From: Tubulanus polymorphus
Taxonomy: Eukaryota; Animalia; Nemertea
Assembly (NCBI RefSeq): GCF_964204645.1
Contig: NC_134027.1
Location: forward strand, 15,160,485 to 15,224,484
Length of the DNA stretch: 64,000 nucleotides
Direction of reading: 5' to 3'
The position numbers and the translations under genes were made by a program. The first letter of the stretch is position 1. Every line of letters begins with the position of its first letter. This document shows, in pieces, positions 11,225-23,983 of the stretch. Below the pieces are notes generated by a model that did no database searches, was not told where the DNA came from, and was given only the letters and a program-made list of their open reading frames with translations.

Positions 11225-14010
11225 CGTGCCTTATCAAATGCTTTGTCGAAATCCACCGTTGAACAGGATTCTAAGACTGTGCAGAAAACCCGTCATCGCT
11301 GCTTTGCAGCTATATTTAGTCTATGGATTTCGACAAAGCATTTGATTAGGTACAACATCAGCCATTACTAAACAGGCTATTTAGAAACAGTATCAATGAT
11401 AGGTCGCTCAAATGGCTCAGCAGTTATCTCTGAACGAAAACATGTTGCCGAAATCAACGGAACGCCTCAACTCGGTCTAACTAGTGGAGTCACGCCAGTT
11501 AGTATCCTAAGTCGTCTTCTCTTTAATGTCCTGATAAACGGTTCCTGAACTTCGCTGAAAAAGCTGAAACACTGAAACGCTGAAATAAAAACGCTGAAAT
11601 TTCAGGGAATTTCCGAAAAACGCCGAAATTTCAGGGAATTCCCGAAAAACGCTGAAATCGTGCTAGGTACCGACAATACACGTTTTGAAATGTTTTCCGG
11701 GCCGGTGTCCGCTGACGAGTCCTGAACCGTGTTTTATGCTCTACCTTCGGTTACAGAGACATGCCCTAAGGTCGTCGTCATGATCGACTTGATCGATTGC
11801 GGATTGCGTGGATTGTTAGATGTGTTTTTTGCCATAGTTTTATGTGCATATACCGGTACGATCTAACAATGAAGTTATCACTTCATTTGAATAAATTCTT
11901 AATCACAGTAATATTAATTCACAATATTTTTTCTTATGTTTGGTGATTTCTTGCAACTTATCATTGCCAAGTCTCATACAAGTAGTAGCTGAATGAAAGT
12001 ACAGTTAGGCTGAACCTGATAACCCAAATTAAGTGCTAGCATGGAACTAATGATTATTTTGATTCTATTTTCGGTGTCATTGAAATTCGTTAATAAAGGT
12101 TCAACCGTCATAGTATACTGTACTTAGCATTGCTACAATTGGGTGCCATATTTCTACAATTTCTACAAGGAGGAAGGAATCTTTAAGTGTCTTTGTTCCC
12201 GGGTAGGGTACGGGGTAAAACCTGGTTTACTTTCTCTTTCGACTTGCCGGAGACTACTATCTGCAATGTATTGCATGCTTTGATGTGTCTGGCCTATAGG
12301 AGTCGAACGATATTTTTTTCCCATACACAGGCATGGCTTTAGTGTTGATGAAGGCTAGGCACTGCACATTGTGGATTGACTGGAACTCTTAACTCACAAA
12401 ATTAAACGAGTCAACAAGAAAGATCCAATAATTGGACATTTGTCTAACTATATTATTTAACAGCTTGAAATAATACATAACACATTCTGCAAGAGTATAC
12501 AAAGGAAATCAGTTCTTACATTATATCAGAATCAATAGTTCGCTTAACTAGAATTCTGGTTCCATTGCTTCGTATTCTAATGAAATCCACTAGTATACCT
12601 TAGAATATCGCTTAGCTTAAGACTAAAAATTTGGTACCAGGAAACAGGGAAGAAAAGTGGGTGTACTGTACATCCGCAATTGACTTATTTCTCTCTGGTT
12701 GAATCAAGTTATTATTGAAATAGCATTCGAATAGCCATTTTATTTTTAAAAATTGTGTCGTTCAGCTATCCTGCTGCAAATTTCGCAGTTGAAGTTTACT
12801 GGTGCCATCTGATTTCTCAGTATCTCAAAAAATTTGCACATTCTAAGCCTGAATCTAAAAATAGAAAAAGGTGCATTTTAGTCGGATATAAAAGAATAAT
12901 GGCTAATACACCCTGGACTATATAGCCTATGGGGTGGGCCTAGTTTGAAAGCACTGAGGTCCGAGAGAACAGCACTTAGTAAATAAATACTGAAATTAAA
13001 CTTACAAAACACCCAGTACTTGAGATGATGTACTTGACAAGAAGTGTCACCAGCTAAGCAAATCAACTTTGTCTATGACTCCTCCTTTTATAGATTCAGT
13101 AGTAGTCTAAAAATAAGAATCGGTACATTTTTCTAACAGTTGGTATGTCATTTCTTCAAAAAAACTAATTATTATCACGCCACAGCAAATAAATTATTCA
13201 CAGTTGTTGAATGGTTAGCCCGATTTAGATTAATTGGTTGACGCTAATCTGTATGACCCATACGTAGGGGCCTACTGCATGCCATTGGCGTCAATCCATT
13301 CCATTCCATTCCACAGTGAATTAAAAAGAAATTTAGTTAGATCCCTTTTGTCCAAAAGCTGCATCATTTATATAACTAGCTGTCAAATTTAATTTACCTC
13401 CTTCAGAGAATACCATAGTGACATAGTCCGTCGCCCATCAACGTGTTGACAAAAGAAAAGTTGCTCCATGTTTTATACATGAACGTTCAAATAAGATATT
13501 TTGCGTCTTGCAGGGAATATTGAGCATAGTGTTTAAGTTGGCTTGCACGGTTTGTGAATGGGTTTTCCTCATTATGCTGCCTGTATGCATTAAAAATCCG
13601 GATTTCAAGCGAATTAATTTGTCCAACAAGTGGCCCTCTAAAAGTATACTCCACACATACTGTCCATGCGTGTCTCTGTAACCGAAGGTAGAGACTAAAA
13701 CACGGTTCAGGACTCGGCAGCGGACACCGGCCCGGAAAATATTTCAAAACGTGTATTGTTGGTACCTAGCACGATTTCAGCGTTTTTCGGGAATTCCCTG
13801 AAATTTCGGCGTTTTTTCGGAAATTCCCTGAAATTTCAGCGTTTTTATTTCAGCGTTTCAGCGTTTCAGTGATTCAGCTTTTTCAGCGAAGTTCAGGAAC
13901 CGCCTGATAAATGACATACGCAGTAATACAAAATGTACCGGACCGAGTAAATTTCCAAAACGACCTTAACACGCTGTGTTCCGTACATGGACAGAAACAT
14001 GGAAGATGAG
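11225..14010 (+). pseudogene. Degenerate non-LTR (LINE) RT fragment, copy 1, split by a DNA element
   Basis: Translates to DFDKAFD, RSLKWLSSYL and TSGVTPVSILSRLLFNVLINDI (cf. the LINE consensus GVPQGSILGPLLF..FINDI). The reading continues after the insertion at 13912. Confidence 0.6.
11539..13902. mobile_element. Non-autonomous long-TIR DNA element with 9-bp TSD (Mutator-like)
   Basis: About 200-bp TIRs (cggttcctgaacttcgctgaaaaagctg...) with internal gctgaaa repeats. Perfect TSD cctgataaa at 11530-11538 and 13903-13911. A paralogous empty site (cctgacaaa) is present at ~17630. Confidence 0.88.
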
Positions 14011-14089
14011 CTCCAACCTAAAGGGCACGATATGGATATTGGAAACAAAGAAAACCCGGGTTCAGATTATACCTTTGTTTTGCAAAAAA

Positions 14090-14576
14090 ATTCTATTTAA
14101 TCGAACAATACGCTTTTTGTTCGAACGAAAACCTTTCTTCATTCTGACAAAAAGATATGTTCGAATAAAAAGCTATGTTATTGTTGAAATGAAAAACTTG
14201 TCCTGAAAAAAACATTTGGTTGAGCGAAAACAATTTTTTTCGAACGAATATTTGAATGAAAAGAATTCTGTTCGATTGAACGAAATACTTAATACTTTTG
14301 GTTCGGACAAGAAACTTTTTTCAATATACTTGTTCGAATGAAAAACTTTCTCTGTTCTGACTAGAAAATTTTGTTCAAATAAAAGGATTCTGTTCGATTG
14401 TTCAAACTAAAAATTCCGTTTGGACGAAAAAAGTTTGTTCAACTCTGTCCTTACGATTTTTTCAGATCAAACGGAATATTATTGGTTCGAACGAAAAAAT
14501 TTTTGTTACAACAAAAAAATTTTCGAGCGGAAGGTCTTTTGAACGAAAAAAGATCTTTCTGGGGCTCTGCAGTAAC
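14090..14576. repeat. Degenerate TTCGAA/GTTCGAACGAAA-rich tandem array, copy 1
   Basis: Many imperfect gttcgaacgaaaa units. A paralogous copy lies at ~17700-18245. Confidence 0.7.
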
Positions 14577-14580
14577 TTAA

Positions 14581-14898
14581 AGCCGGACGAAGGTCGGCCT
14601 TGCGACGCAATGCGATCCTAGTGTCGCATCGCAAGTTTGGGCACAAATCGGTTGCGACACAATTGTCAGCGACTGTGTGCGACTTGTTTCTGCCAGTCGC
14701 AAGAGCGCGTAGGTCGGTTGTGACGGTCGTGTTGTGTCGCAGAAAGTAGAACACTTGCGACTCCTTGTGACTGGCGTTGCTGACAGTCACAACCCGTCGC
14801 TGGCAGTCACAAGGGAGCGTAGGTCGACGAGTCATTGCGACACAATCGTCGCTGGCGGTCGCAGTGAATGGAGTCGCAAGGCCGACCTACGCCCGGCT
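14581..14898. mobile_element. MITE with 3-bp TAA TSD (PIF/Harbinger-like)
   Basis: TIR agccgg(a/g)cg(a/t)aggtcggccttgcgac at both ends, with taa at 14578-14580 and 14899-14901. A truncated diverged copy lies at ~18250-18440. Confidence 0.8.
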
Positions 14899-15783
14899 TA
14901 AGTCATTAATGAAATACCAGTTTCATTTATGATGAAAAAACTCAGATGCAAAAGTCTGGCTTATAAAGCTGTCTGCTCAGACGAAATGTTCCAAAATGCT
15001 TTTTATCTAGAGGGTAGGCCTATTGGGTAAACTTCTTCATAGGCAGAATACAGTTATTTTGGGAATTTCTGAAGACCCTTCAATATATACTGAGGATTGA
15101 TATTGACATGTATCTATTTTCACTCGAGCATTTGGCTAAGTGGGCCTGAACTCATAGTTTGCACTAAAATTGAAAGTTATTGGAAAGCAGTGAATAATTA
15201 GAAGATGATTAGGTGAAAACAATATTTATGTATTTAACATTTATACTTCTATCAGAAAAATATAGAATTTCTTATAAATACAACTTGAAACTGAATTACT
15301 ACATACATAATGTACATACAATTAGTCAGATCCTTCATTTCGTTATACATTTACTTACAGTTGACAATAAGTATAAACAGATTTTCCAGTTAATAAGCTA
15401 AACATTTATCTACAATTAGTTAGGTCCTTCATTTAGTCAACTATACATTTATTTACAGTTGACAATAAGTAAAAACAGATTTTCATCTCAGAAAATAGGT
15501 TTCAATATGAAAATTGGTATGGAAATGTAGACTGTAGATTGAGAACAAGCTCCAAAGTGACGATGAACTGTATTTTTTACAGTTGATAATTAGATATGAA
15601 GTGATATTTTGTATTGCAGCCATTACGGCTTTTTACCCTCACTACACTGAGTTTCATTGAATTATGATGGATAAAGTGATTAAATTTTAGTATTTCATGA
15701 TTGAGTATTGATTAACTGATGATTGACAAAAAAATATTTATAGTTTCATGATTATAATATTGAAAGTTATCTAATTTACTGTT

Positions 15784-16620
15784 CTAAAAAGTACATTGAT
15801 TGTGTAAGAATGTTTTCACATTTTTTACATTTGAAATTATGACCTGATCATTCAAACATGAGACATGGAACCATAAATCACACATTTCAAAGGCAACCCA
15901 AGCAACGTCTCCACTCTCACATCTATCACTCTTCTTACCACAGATTTGACAAACTTCATGATCGCTCTCCTCATCCTCGCTCACATAATCACTCTGCTCA
16001 TCCTCGCTCTCATAATCCATCTCATCCGCGCTCAAACGATCACTCTCCTCATTCTCGCTCTCATTCGGATTTATAACGATTTCATTGATTCGTAGATTAT
16101 TTATAAACGCTTCTGACAATTTGTCTTTATTCTATAATTCTTTTTCAATTTTTTGAACATGATTGATGTAGTTTTTCCAATTGGTTGATGTGACATTTTC
16201 TCTACCCTCAAGGATCAGTTTTTTGACGTTTGTGAGCTTGAATGTTGTATTTCTCTTTTTCGCATAACTTTTGAGCTGGTTCCAGACCATTTCGATAGGG
16301 TTCAATTCACAGTGGCAGTATCAAAAAGCTCGTGGCCCGCCTCGTTCAGTAGTTGTTGCTACGAATTATTTTTGTATCTCTGTGTCGATTACACAGATTC
16401 ACAAGTTCAATTCACAATTTTTTTCATGGTCGAGTCATGCGGTATGTTATGTTTTTGCAACCACTCCTGCAATAGAGGGATCATTCATTTATTACGTACG
16501 CATACAATTTGAATTGTTCAACTCATCTTTGGTAGGATCACGATTGCAGAGCCTTCTTTCCCCGATTAGCTGCCAGAAAACTTTCTGTCACAAACTGAAC
16601 ATTTGATTTCGGCATTTTGT
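15784..16620 (-). pseudogene. 3' fragment of an IS630/Tc1-mariner (DDE_3-type) transposase with an acidic linker and C-terminal PHD-like finger
   Basis: The minus strand gives HCELNPIEMVWNQLKSYAKKRNTTFKLTNVKKL, then an acidic stretch and CQIC...CDLWFHVSC. Confidence 0.7.
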
Positions 16621-17349
16621 AAGAATAACTTTAACATTCACCCAGGGTCCAGTTTCACAGTTCTGAGTTAAGATTTGACTACGAGTTAACTCAATTAAAA
16701 TGAACTAACTTCAACTCACAATGTGGAACTGGGTCCAGCTCAACTAGGAACTTCAAGTAACTGTTTCTAAAACTCCTGGATAAATATGTCTAATTGATTC
16801 TTTGCAATCAAATAGGCCTTCCAAAATGATTGAGAAAGTTAGTCTGGACACTTGGAGATGATAACAAGGCTTACAGCCCACTTATGACCATTGTTTAAAT
16901 TAATCTGGCCAACAAGACAATGCAGTATAAAATGTCAATCCAATGTATATTAAAACAATGCATTCACTCTGTCTCACTACTATTCATGATGTAGGGGCCT
17001 AGATTAAATGTTTGAAGAAAGTTCCTTTAGAAATAAAATAGGTGATACAAGATTCTCCGAGCGACACAATTTTCAGAATTTGAGGGGATTTTGTTGCCTC
17101 AAAAATGGATTTTGGAATTTGAGGGGCTGTAGAAACCATGTTATATACATTAAGCATTACAGTACGCAAATCAATGACCCTCCTTATCTCCCCTAATGTG
17201 TACCTAATAAATGAATGACCCCAGAGAAGATAGTCAATTTTAGTATTGGATTAAGTCAATTCGGTTATAGTTCCGATAAGTAGGAGGTAAATGCACTATG
17301 TCCAAATAAATATAGAAAATCCAAACTGGTTATCAAAACAATCTTAATT

Positions 17350-18440
17350 GCAAATATAGCTGCAAAGCAGCGATAACGGGTTTTCTGCACAGTCTTAGAA
17401 TCCTGTTCAACGGTGGATTTCGACGAAGCATTTGATAATGCACAACATCAACCATTACTAAACAGGCTATTAGGAAACAGTATCCATGATAGGTCGCTCA
17501 AATGGCTCAGCAGTTATCTCTGAACGAAAACTTGTAGCCGAAATCAACGGAACACCTCATCTTGGAATAAGTCGATTTAACTAGTGGAGTCACGCATGGT
17601 AGTATCCTGAGTTGTCTTCTGTTTATTGTCCTGACAAATGGCATACACAGTAATCCAACATATACCTGACCGAGTAAATTTCCAAATCGACCTTAACGCG
17701 CTGTTCGACCAAAAAACTTAATGTTCCAACAAGAAAATCTTGTTCGAATGAAAATAATTCTGTTTGATAGAACAATACGCTTTTTGCTTGAACCAAAAAT
17801 TTTCTTCATTCTGACAAAAAATGTGTTCGAATAAAAAGCTATGTTATTGTTGAAATGAAAAAAAATTTGGTTGTGCGAAAACAATTTTTTTCGTACGAAT
17901 GTTTGAATGAAAACAATTCTGTTCGATTGAACAAAATACTTAATACTTTCGGTTCGGAGAAAAAACTTTTTTCAATATACTTGTTCGAACGAAAAACTTA
18001 ATGTTCTGACAAGAAAATTATGTTCAAATTAAAACGATTCTGTTCAATTGAATGATTGTTCGAACGAAAAACCTTTCGTTTGGACAAAAAAAAGTTTGTT
18101 CAACTTTGTTCTAACGATTTTTTCAAATTGGTTCAATTGTATAGAATATTATTGGTTCGAACGAAATAAATTTTGTTCCGACGAAAGAATTTTCAAGCAA
18201 AGGTCTTTTGAACGAAAAAAAGATATTTCTGGTGCTCCGCAGTAACTTAAAACCAGACGTAGGTTGTTCTTGTGACACGATGCGATCCTCGCGTTGCATC
18301 GCAAGTTTCGATGCAAGTCGCTTGCAATACGATTGTGTGCGACTAGTTTCTGCCAGTCGCAAGAGCGCGTCGGTTGGTTGTGACAGTCGTGTCGCGTCGC
18401 AGAAAGTAGAACACCTACGACTCCGTGACTGGCGTTGCTG
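17350..18440 (+). repeat. Second copy of the LINE fragment + TTCGAA array + MITE block
   Basis: Colinear with 11323-11538 and 13912-14790, but lacks the 11539-13902 insertion. Confidence 0.8.
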
Positions 18441-19113
18441 AAAGATGAGGACGCCAGTGATATGATGACTGAGTTTCAAGTCGTCAAAACGTCACGATAT
18501 GTCGACATATTCATGTCGAATTGATGCGATATATCGACATGAATATGACGACTTGTCGAGTTGGAACGCAACAACTCGAGGCCCTTTATCGCTTCCGTAG
18601 ATCTTTCATTAAGTAGGATCACTTGAATGATCGCTTTAATATCACTCTAAAAAAAAAGAATCTGCCAAAATGACCTTAATATTCGACACTATATCTACGG
18701 AAGCGATAAGGGGCCTCGGAGATGACGCGTTCCAACTCGACAAGTCGCCATATTATTGTCGACATACCGCGATGTATCGCGTCAAGTCGACATGAATATG
18801 TCGATATATCGTGACGTTTTGACGAAATATTTCGTTTCCTTAACCATTTTCCTCGCGACAAGTCGACATATTCATGACGACTTGAAACTCAGTCGTCATA
18901 TTACTGGCGTCCTCATCTTACATTTAGACATGTCTTCAAATGACGGCTTGTCCCGTGGAAAATGAGCAAATAAGCGAAATTTGTCGTGAAAACGTCACGA
19001 TATGTAGACATATTCATGTGGACTTGACACGATATATCGCGATATATCGACATAAATATGGCAACTTGTCGAGTTTGAACATGAAAACTCGAGGCCCTTT
19101 ATCGCTTCCGTAC
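18441..19113. repeat. Three copies (one inverted) of a GTCGAC-rich element end terminating in gaggccctttatcgcttccgta
   Basis: Copies at 18441-18600 (+), 18695-18919 (-) and ~18985-19113 (+) share sequence and terminus. Confidence 0.7.
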
Positions 19114-19199
19114 TATATCAGATTAATCGACTTCAAAATAGGCGAAAGCATCAGTCTTTATAACGTTATTAATTGGCCTAATTATTCAAAAGCTAATAA

Positions 19200-21198
19200 T
19201 ATGGGCGACAAAACCAAAAAAATTAATTGTCGCGGGCGATAAAACCAAAATAATCAATTGTCGCGGGCGATAAAACCAAAATATTCAATTGTCGCGGGCA
19301 ACAAAACCAAACTAATGAATTGTCGCGGGCGATAAAACCAAAATAATAAATTGTCCCAGGCGATAAAACCAAAAAAATGAATTGTCGCGGGCGATAAAAC
19401 CAAAATCATGAATTGTCGCGGGCGACAAAACCAAAATATTCAATTGTCGCGGGCAACAAAACCAAACTAATGAATTGTCGCGGGCGATAAAACCAAAGTA
19501 ATAAATTGTCCCAGGCGATAAAACCAAAAAAATGAATTGTCGCGGGCGATAAAACCAAAATCATGAATTGTCGTGGGCGACAAAACCAAAATATTCAATT
19601 GTCGCAGGCGACAAAACCAAACTAATGAATTGTCGCGGGCGATAAAGCCAAAATAATGAATTGTCGCGGGCGATAAAACCAAAATATTGAAGTGTCGCAG
19701 GCGATAAAACCGCGACAAAAAGAGAAAAAAATTGTCGCGGACGATAAAACCAAAATAATCAATTGTCGCTGGCGATAAAACCAAAATATTCAATTGTTGC
19801 GGGCGAAAAAACCAAAAAAAATGAATTGTCGCGGGTGATAAAACCAAAATAATGAATTGTCGCGGGCGACAAAACCAAAATATTCAATTGTCGCGGGCAA
19901 CAAAACCAAACTAATGAATTGTCGCGGGCGATAAAACCAAAATAATAAATTGTCCCAGGCGATAAAACCAAAAAAATGAATTGTCGCGGGCGATAAAACC
20001 AAAATCATGAATTGTCGCGGGCGACAAAACCAAAATATTCAATTGTCGCAGGCGACAAAACCAAACTAATGATTTGTCGCGGGCGATAAAGCCAAAATAA
20101 TGAATTGTCGCGGGCGATAAAACCAAAATATTGAAGTGTCGCAGGCGATAAAACCGCGACAAAAAGAGAAAAAAATTGTCGCGGGCGATAAAACCAAAAT
20201 ATTGAATTGTCGTGGGCGACAAATCCAAAAAATGAATTGTCGCGGGCGATAAAACCAAAATCTTGAATTGTCGCCATTGTCACGTGCGACAAAACCAAAA
20301 TAATGAATTGTTGCGGGCGATAAAACCAAAATAATGAATTGTTGCGGGCGATAAAACCAAAATATTGAAGTGTCGCAGGCGATAAATCCGCAACAAAAAG
20401 AGAAAAAAATTGTCGCGGGCGATAAAACCAAAATAATGAATGAATTGTCCCGGGCGATAAAACCAAAATATTGAATTGTCGTGGGCGACAAATCCAAAAA
20501 ATGAATTGTCCCGGGCGATAAAACCAAAATCTTGAATTGTCGCCATTGTCGTGTGCGACAAAACCAAAATAATGAATTGTCGCGGGCGATAAAACCAAAA
20601 TATTGAATTGTCGTGGGCGACAAAATCAAAATATTGTTTTTTCGCGGGTGACAAAACCAAATTAATGAATTGTCGCGGGCGATAAAACCAAAATAATGAA
20701 TTGTCGCGGGCGATAAAACCAAAATAATGAATTGTCGCGGGCGATAAAACCAAAATATTGAATTGTCGCGGGCGACAAATCCAAAAAATGAATTGTCGCG
20801 GCAGAAAAACCAAAATCTTGAATTGTCGCGGGCGATAAAACCAAAATAATGAAATCCGAGGGCGATAAAACCGCGACAAAAAAAAATTGTCGCGGGCGAT
20901 AAAACCAAAATAATGAATTGTCGCGGGCGATAAAACCAAAATATTGAATTGGCATGAGCGACAAAACCAAAATATTGATTTGTCGCGGGTGACAAAACCA
21001 AATTAATGAATTGTCGCGGCGATAAAACCAAAATAATGAATTTTCGCGGGCGATAAAACCAAAATAATGAATTGTCGCGGGCGACAAAACCAAAATTATT
21101 GTTTTGTCGCGTTATTTTAGTTTTGTCGTTTTGTCATAATGTCGCCCTCATTTGCATATACGTATTTTTTTTACGCATGGCCTTTATCAGCCACCATA
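19200..21198. repeat. 31-bp minisatellite array (roughly 60 units) inside a putative non-autonomous element
   Basis: Unit ttgtcgcgggcgataaaaccaaaataatgaa with variants and higher-order blocks. It is bounded by tatgg (19200) and ...ggcctttatcagccaccata (21198). Confidence 0.9.
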
Positions 21199-22430
21199 CT
21201 AAAGCCTTAAGGTCGCGTAAAACTCGATAAACACTTCAAGCGACACAGCGAACGATCTCCTTTCCCCCACAGCGAACGCTTAACCTAGTAGAGGCTACTA
21301 GCCTATGTAGGCCTATGTATATGCGTAGGCCTAACATCCGGACAGATTGGTCGTAGGCCTATTGAATTTAACAACCCACTAAATATCGTAAATTTTGTTT
21401 TGAAGTTCAATCCAATGAGTCCGTTAATAAACGCAACAATTGTACTGTGTTTGTTTGAGACAGTAAAGCTCAGTACCGGTAGGCCTAAAGCCGCGTCAAA
21501 CTCGATAAACACTTCAAGCGACACAGCGAACGATCCCTTCCCCCACAGCGAACGCTTACTCCGAATGTCAAGTGTGAGTCCAGCATACGGAAAGGATTAT
21601 GTGTTATATACTTGTATTAAATACCTTGTGCATTTGACAATGATCGGTATGTACTGTAGGAAATATAGAGTATTGATGGTATTGATATAGAGGTTGAAGC
21701 CCGCGGCCGAATAAAGTAATATATTCTTTTATTTTGATACCTCGTCGACATAACAGCTTTTCTCCGCTATATCTCTTCGGCGTGTTTAGTTTAGGCCTAC
21801 GATTCCCCGGTACACTAAAGATTTATCTTAGTAAATACACGGTTAATTCGGTAAAGAAAAATAGGTATTGTTATACTAACTCCTTGAAACCCGCAGCCAA
21901 ATTACTGGTAGTAATAAATTAATTTGTACTCGATTTGATTCTCATGATGAGGAGAAACTCGCAGCTGATCCCCGGAACGACGATGTAGTAACACACGTCG
22001 ATTCGTCGATGTTTACGGCTCGACAGTGCTTTTAAAATCTAAAGTAGTAAATTTCCAGTGTATCGGTAATATGATTTGATGAGGAAAATGGGCTATTGTT
22101 AAAATCACTGTTTGAAGACCGCGACTGAATTTGAAGTCTGCGGCAATAAATTAGTTCATTTATACTTGAATTGATAATCGAAGTGACAGTCGGCCTGCGG
22201 GTTGATTTCGGGATGACGACTCGAAAAACATGTCGCCCCATTGAATGGGGCTAAATTTTCGATGTTTACGGCCCGACAGCGCTTTTGTAACGATGATTCG
22301 TGAAAAAACACGCGGGCCATTTGTAGATCTCAGTGAGCTGAACGATATTATATGGATTGTATATGAAACAGCGGTAAGGTTACAAAGCCTATGTTCTTTT
22401 GGTAAAAATAGTGTGGAAGAAAATAATAAT

Positions 22431-22541
22431 AATAATAATCACGCGGATATCAATAGGGTTTTCTGTGAAATAACAGAAAACCCTAATAATAATCACGCGG
22501 ATATCAATAGGGTTTTCTGTGAAATAACAGAAAACCCTAAT
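22431..22541. repeat. 54-bp tandem duplication containing a hairpin
   Basis: aataataatcacgcggatatcaatagggttttctgtgaaataacagaaaaccct occurs twice; agggttttctg/cagaaaaccct is inverted within each unit. Confidence 0.8.
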
Positions 22542-23229
22542 TATATAGGACTCGACTCAATAGCTGCGTTCACACTAGGATTTCAGTACGGTACTAAGCA
22601 TTTACACTCAATTTATTCGAGACCTATTTGCGGCTTATTCGGTTCCGCACTAAAATACGCGGTTTATTAAGTACGGAATGCGATTCCACGCCTAAAACCC
22701 GATCTCAGTACGGAACTGAGCTGGTCGCGTATTTTCTGTAGTGCTAATTATGGGCCACAACAATGGCCACAATGCAAGTATCAAGACAATCCATTGAAGG
22801 GTCTTCGTAATTTCCCAGTTCTGTTTACAGATGGGCACAGTTTCTACAAATAACTGTCATTAAAGGGCAAACTCAATCAATTGTCAATATTGATTGAATC
22901 ATATCGACATTGAGACTATGAATTATACATAATGCATTGATATAAATACAAATTACGTATAATGTCTAATTTATATAAAAAACCATGGTACCAAGAGATA
23001 CGAATTAAGCGAGGTTGATTGTATATACCGACCTGAAATCTGACTTGTCGAAAAATGAAAATTGCCGATTTAAAAGTCGTTTTTCGCAGTAATGGCTAAT
23101 CAAAAATTCAAACTACAGTCAACCCCGATATACATATATTGAGATGTACATTGAGAAAACCTGGCGCTAGGCGGGGGTTCATATTTGTGAAGACATCACA
23201 TTTGAAAATGAATTTCACAAGTTTTTTGC

Positions 23230-23649
23230 AAGTTTGGTTTTCTCGCGCGAGAATTCGAAACTTTTTGCTTTCTCGCATGAGAATTCAAAACATTTTGGTT
23301 TTCTCGCGCGAGATTTCAAAAACTTTTGGTTTTCTCGCGCGAGAAAACTAAACATTTTGGTTTGAAAAATTTTTCCGACTGGCTAGAAGCTGGATAAAAT
23401 TTTTTTTACAATGGCCAATTTTTTGTTTTCTCGCGCGGGAATTCAAAACTTTTGGTTTTCTCGCTCGAGAAAACTAAACATTTTGGTTTGAAAAATTTTT
23501 CTGACTGGCTAGAAGCTGGATAAAATTTTTTTACAATGGCCAATTTTTTGTTTTCTCGCGCGGGAATTCAAAACTTTTGGTTTTCTCGCGCGAGAAAACC
23601 AAACTTTTTGAATTCTCGCACGAGAAATCCGAACGAATCAGCCACCATA
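23230..23649. repeat. TCTCGCGCGAGA-core minisatellite ending in atcagccaccata
   Basis: About 31-bp units (ttttggttttctcgcgcgagaattcaaaac) plus a longer internal duplication. Same terminus as the 19200-21198 array. Confidence 0.75.
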
Positions 23650-23983
23650 AGATGACGTCTGGAGGACCTGGTTTTTATTTAAGCCCGAGTTCCGTGCTGT
23701 GGCTGAGTCTAGCGATGCCCTCCGGTTCGAATCCCTGCCGAGGGATCATGCAATAATATATATACTGTAAGGCGTACGCAATAGGGTTGGGGGTGGTGAG
23801 TGAATTTCATTTTAATCGTAGTGCTTAATGTGTATGAAAAATGGGCCAATTTTGCATACACTGGGAGGGGATGAAAAATTCAAATTTCATGTGTATGCAA
23901 TAAATGAATGATACTCTGTAGAACAAATTCAGTGGAAAAACAAGCAAAAAAGTTTTTTTTGATGAAAAAATTGAAAAACAAGG

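Noticed and set aside
11705-11740. Hammerhead core CUGACGA within the TIR of the 9-bp-TSD element
   Set aside because: No stem II closure or GAAA follows, and the opposite TIR has ctgccga.
19205-21095. CRISPR-like periodic array, and long minus-strand ORFs (up to 321 aa)
   Set aside because: The units are contiguous 31-bp tandem repeats without unique spacers, there are no cas genes, and the context is eukaryotic. The ORFs are translations of the satellite.
23690-23750. tRNA gene (B-box ggttcgaatccc; a similar box lies at ~29818)
   Set aside because: No cloverleaf can be folded; at most a SINE remnant.
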